32,000 nucleotides of DNA. Origin: Fastidiosibacter lacustris. Its GTDB lineage: Bacteria; Pseudomonadota; Gammaproteobacteria; Francisellales; Francisellaceae. Below, in pieces: positions 26,944-32,000 of this stretch (the stretch's first letter is position 1; every line of letters begins with the position of its first letter). The notes under the pieces are model-generated. The model was not told the DNA's origin and did no database searches. It saw only the letters and a list, made by a program, of their open reading frames with translations. The DNA lies in assembly GCF_003428155.1 (NCBI RefSeq), contig NZ_QLIR01000003.1, positions 60,001-92,000 of the forward strand, written 5' to 3'. Made by a program: the position numbers and the translations under genes.

Positions 26944-28494
26944 ATGAAAGACATACATCAACATAAATTACTAATTCTTGACTTTGGTTCTCAGTATACT
27001 CAACTCATTGCCAGACGTGTGCGTGAGATTGGTGTTTATTGCGAAATTTATTCATATGATGTGGCTATTGAACACATTAAAAGCTTTGCTGCTAAAGGAA
27101 TTATTCTCTCAGGTGGACCTGAGTCTGTTAATGAGTCAGAGTGTGTTCGCGCACCTGAATGTGTGTTTGAGCTTGGTGTACCTGTACTTGGAATTTGCTA
27201 TGGGATGCAAACGATGGTGCATCAATTTGGTGGTAAGGTAGCTTCCTCTGATAAGCGTGAGTTTGGCTATGCTAAGATCGAGTTAAAAACAACAAGCGTT
27301 TTATATAATGGCATTCCAGATGTACAAGATGTTTGGATGAGTCATGGCGATAAGGTTGTTGAGCTTGGTGAGCACTTTGAAGTGATTGCAGCATCAGAAA
27401 ATGCGCCTATTGCTGCTATGGCACATAAATGTCAACCTTTCTTTGGAGTGCAATACCATCCTGAGGTTACACATTCAGCTTATGGCAAAGAGCTATTAGA
27501 AAACTTCGCATTCAAAATATGTGGTTGTGAAGCACGGTGGAATCCAGCAAGCATCATTGAAGATGCGGTTAATAAGATTCGCAAACAAGTTGGAGAAGAT
27601 GAAGTAATACTTGGTCTATCAGGAGGCGTTGATTCTTCTGTAGTGGCAGCACTTTTACACAAAGCGATTGGGGATCAATTAACATGTGTATTTGTCGATA
27701 CAGGATTACTGCGTTTGCATGAAGGTGATCAGGTCATGCAGACTTTTGCTGAGAATATGCACGTTAAAGTCATTCGAGTAAATGCCGAATCGCGTTTTTT
27801 TGAAAAACTAAATAGTAACTCTGACCCAGAACAAAAACGTAAGTTGATTGGGACTTTATTTGTCGATATCTTTAATGAAGAGTCAAGTAAGCTTAAGAGG
27901 GCTAAATGGTTAGCACAAGGTACAATTTACCCTGATGTAATTGAATCAGCAGGGAGTGCTACAGGTAAAGCACATGTGATTAAATCACATCACAATGTAG
28001 GTGGTTTACCTGAAGATATGAAGTTAGCTTTGATTGAACCATTAAGAGAATTATTTAAGGACGAAGTACGCAAGGTTGGTATTGAACTTGGATTGCCTTA
28101 TCGGATGGTGTATCGCCATCCATTCCCAGGACCTGGTTTAGGTGTGCGTATTTTGGGGCAGGTCAAAAAAGAATATGCTGATATTCTTCGTCAAGCCGAT
28201 GCAATTTATATGCAAGAGCTTGAAAAAAGTGGTTGGTATGACAAGGTCAGTCAAGCATTTACGGTTTTTTTACCCGTTAAATCAGTGGGAGTTATGGGTG
28301 ATCAGCGTAAATATGACTATGTTGTCGCATTAAGGGCAGTTGAAACTATAGATTTTATGACTGCACGTTGGGCTCATTTACCTTATGAACTTATTGGTCA
28401 TATTTCTAATCGTATTGTCAACGAAGTCAAAGGCATTTCACGTGTGGTTTACGATGTAACAGGAAAGCCACCTGGAACGATTGAATGGGAGTAG
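26944..28494 (+). CDS. guaA: GMP synthase (glutamine-hydrolysing)
   Basis: GATase ([30 protein letters not shown]), [35 protein letters not shown]-terminal KPPGTIEWE. Confidence 0.97.
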   Translation: MKDIHQHKLLILDFGSQYTQLIARRVREIGVYCEIYSYDVAIEHIKSFAAKGIILSGGPESVNESECVRAPECVFELGVPVLGICYGMQTMVHQFGGKVASSDKREFGYAKIELKTTSVLYNGIPDVQDVWMSHGDKVVELGEHFEVIAASENAPIAAMAHKCQPFFGVQYHPEVTHSAYGKELLENFAFKICGCEARWNPASIIEDAVNKIRKQVGEDEVILGLSGGVDSSVVAALLHKAIGDQLTCVFVDTGLLRLHEGDQVMQTFAENMHVKVIRVNAESRFFEKLNSNSDPEQKRKLIGTLFVDIFNEESSKLKRAKWLAQGTIYPDVIESAGSATGKAHVIKSHHNVGGLPEDMKLALIEPLRELFKDEVRKVGIELGLPYRMVYRHPFPGPGLGVRILGQVKKEYADILRQADAIYMQELEKSGWYDKVSQAFTVFLPVKSVGVMGDQRKYDYVVALRAVETIDFMTARWAHLPYELIGHISNRIVNEVKGISRVVYDVTGKPPGTIEWE

Positions 28495-28495
28495 T

Positions 28496-28531
28496 TTTTC
28501 TCGAGTAAAATAGTTGTTTTGCTTGAGAAAA
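28496..28531. repeat. 15-bp inverted repeat directly after guaA stop
   Basis: TTTTCTCGAGTAAAA (28496-28510) - TAGTTG - TTTTGCTTGAGAAAA (28517-28531): 13 Watson-Crick plus 2 G-U pairs in the + strand RNA. Confidence 0.65.
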
Positions 28532-28580
28532 TAAGCATAGTGAAGGATACTATTCTCAAACTAAAGAACCACTTGGTACT

Positions 28581-30458
28581 ATGTCAAAAACCAATCGTGT
28601 TAATTATCCACTCCTTTCAAAAATCAATTCACCGCATGATGTGCGTAGATTGTCTATTAGCCAGTTATCTGTTTTGGCAACTGAAATACGCATGTTCCTT
28701 GTTGAAACTTTAGATGTATCAGGTGGGCATTTTGCCAGCAGTTTAGGTGCTTTGGAACTTACTATTGCATTACACTATGTCTATGGTACACCGAATGACC
28801 GCTTGGTTTGGGATGTGGGACATCAAACCTATGTCCATAAGATTTTGACTGGGCGTGCGGATGAACTTATCACTATTAAAAAGTCAGGTGGTTTATCAGG
28901 ATTTCCTAAGCGATCAGAAAGTCAATACGATAGTTTTGGTGTTGGGCATTCTAGCACTTCAATTGGAGCTGCTCTTGGTATGGCTGAAGCCAATAAATTA
29001 AAAGGTGTGAACTATAAATCTGTTGCGGTCATTGGTGATGGGGCGCTCACTGCAGGAATGGCGTTTGAAGCACTTAATCATGCAGGTGGTATGCACGCCG
29101 ATATATTGGTGGTACTGAACGATAATGAAATGTCAATTTCTGAAAACGTGGGGGCCTTAACTGCACATTTGACTAAATTACTATCAGGTTCTGCTTATAA
29201 CAATTTTCGTGAAACAGGTAAAAGAATACTTAAGAAATTGCCTGGCGCGTTTGAAATTGCAAAGCGTATAGAAACGCAAGCTAAAGGCATGTTTGTTCCT
29301 GCAAATTTATTTGAAGCACTTAATTTCTATTATGTAGGGCCAATAAATGGGCATGATATAGATGGTTTGGTTGAAGCTTTAAAAACCCTTAAACATCATC
29401 AAGGTCCTAAGTTATTACATGTGTTAACCCAAAAAGGCAAAGGCTATGATAAGGCGGAAGAAGACCCGATTGCTTTTCATCATGTTAATCCTAAATTTAA
29501 TTCACAGCAAAAAGTAGAACAATCCGCTAAGGTTGCTACAAAGCCCACATATTCTAATATTTTTGGTAATTGGATATGTGATATGGCAGCTAAGAGTGGT
29601 CAACTTGTTGGTATTACACCCGCTATGCGTGAAGGTTCTGATTTAGTGCGTTTTTCCAAAGAATATCCTAATCGCTATTATGACGTTGCCATTGCTGAGC
29701 AGCATGCGATAACCTTTGCTGCAGGATTGGCTTGTGAGGGCTTTAAGCCAGTGGTGGCTATATATTCTACTTTCTTGCAACGTGCTTATGATCAAGTTAT
29801 TCATGATGTTAGCATTCAAAATTTGGATGTGCTTTATGCTGTCGATCGGGCAGGTTTAGTTGGTCCAGATGGTGCAACACATGCAGGAAGTTTTGATTTA
29901 AGCTTTATGCGCTGTATTCCCAATACAGTTATTATGACACCAAGCGATGAAAATGAATGTTATCATATGCTAAGCTTAGGTTATGAGCATAAAGGACCAG
30001 CAATGGTACGCTACCCAAGAGGAGCTGTTGTGGGTAAAGGGATTACACCAGAGCTTGACCTTAAATTAGGTCAAGCCAAATTACTAAGACAAGGTCAAGT
30101 GGTTGCAATTTTGAACTTTGGTACTTTATTGCCTATTGCATTAGAGGTAGCTGAAGTAGTTAATGCAACAGTTATCGATATGCGTTTTGTTAAACCTATA
30201 GATGAAAAAATGATTGAGCAATTAGCTAGCCAACATAGTTTGTTACTCACACTAGAGGAAAATGTGGTGATGGGTGGAGCAGGATCTGCAGTTAATGAAT
30301 ACTTAGTGACACATGATTTAATGACGAACTTAAAAGTTCGTAATATTGGTCTTCCAGATTACTATCAAAATCATGGCGATAAAAAAGAACTTCTAGCAGA
30401 AGTTGGAATCTCAGCTGCCAAAATTATTGAGTTAATAATGGAAGTTAAACAGTCCTAA
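28581..30458 (+). CDS. dxs: 1-deoxy-D-xylulose-5-phosphate synthase
   Basis: SGGHFASSLGALELTIALHYVY, WDVGHQTYVHKILTGR, VGHSSTSIGAALGMA, VIGDGALTAGMAFEALNHAG, DRAGLVGPDGATHAGSFDLS. Confidence 0.96.
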   Translation: MSKTNRVNYPLLSKINSPHDVRRLSISQLSVLATEIRMFLVETLDVSGGHFASSLGALELTIALHYVYGTPNDRLVWDVGHQTYVHKILTGRADELITIKKSGGLSGFPKRSESQYDSFGVGHSSTSIGAALGMAEANKLKGVNYKSVAVIGDGALTAGMAFEALNHAGGMHADILVVLNDNEMSISENVGALTAHLTKLLSGSAYNNFRETGKRILKKLPGAFEIAKRIETQAKGMFVPANLFEALNFYYVGPINGHDIDGLVEALKTLKHHQGPKLLHVLTQKGKGYDKAEEDPIAFHHVNPKFNSQQKVEQSAKVATKPTYSNIFGNWICDMAAKSGQLVGITPAMREGSDLVRFSKEYPNRYYDVAIAEQHAITFAAGLACEGFKPVVAIYSTFLQRAYDQVIHDVSIQNLDVLYAVDRAGLVGPDGATHAGSFDLSFMRCIPNTVIMTPSDENECYHMLSLGYEHKGPAMVRYPRGAVVGKGITPELDLKLGQAKLLRQGQVVAILNFGTLLPIALEVAEVVNATVIDMRFVKPIDEKMIEQLASQHSLLLTLEENVVMGGAGSAVNEYLVTHDLMTNLKVRNIGLPDYYQNHGDKKELLAEVGISAAKIIELIMEVKQS

Positions 30459-30612
30459 GATTTTAATAGGACGTTATATTATTCAATATTCAAAGTCTAT
30501 CAAATGTCTAAACAACAATCACAAGCCTGCTCAATCCTGACTTTTTTGTTTGCCAATAAGAGACTGATAACTTAGGTAAAAACTTTCCAATTCTATGTAC
30601 TTTCTAGTATGA

Positions 30613-32000
<1,388 letters not shown>

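Noticed and set aside
26978-27241. 87-aa ORF inside guaA
   Set aside because: Alternative frame within a strongly conserved gene.
28519-28713. 64-aa + strand ORF spanning guaA-dxs spacer and dxs start
   Set aside because: Considered as a leader peptide for the hairpin region, but it continues out of frame into dxs by more than 100 nt with no SD and no regulatory codon run.

Overview
This 32 kb window is AT-rich, bacterial (gammaproteobacterial-like) and almost entirely core-genome. I see a partial coaE, then pyrB, a small helix-turn-helix-like ORF, an Hsp20 gene, a short ppx/gppA, rarA, a ctpA-type S41 protease, udk, comF, a TRIC/UPF0126 channel, rsmD, lptG and lptF. These are followed by a four-gene Mla/MCE-type ABC lipid-transport cluster with a PqiC-like auxiliary lipoprotein, rep, ygfZ, rsgA, fabG, fabD, a YcgN-family protein, ispB, a very divergent SNF/LeuT-fold membrane protein, a FUSC-family protein, a CNNM/CBS protein, guaA, dxs and a partial ligA. 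I found no convincing mobile element, CRISPR array, rRNA, tRNA or classical defence system, and no clearly novel multi-gene system. The items most worth a second look are: (1) the SNF-like protein at 22937..24286, which appears to have lost the family's N-terminal ion/substrate-binding motifs; (2) a 15-bp hairpin in the guaA-dxs gap whose 3' arm can also pair downstream, directly before a dxs start with no Shine-Dalgarno; (3) the pyrB-hsp20 gap with an orphan HTH ORF and a composite palindromic element; (4) a candidate sigma-32 promoter plus possible fourU-like leader for hsp20; (5) the hybrid Mla/Pqi composition of the MCE cluster; (6) a 27-codon ORF that overlaps the ctpA start by ATGA.
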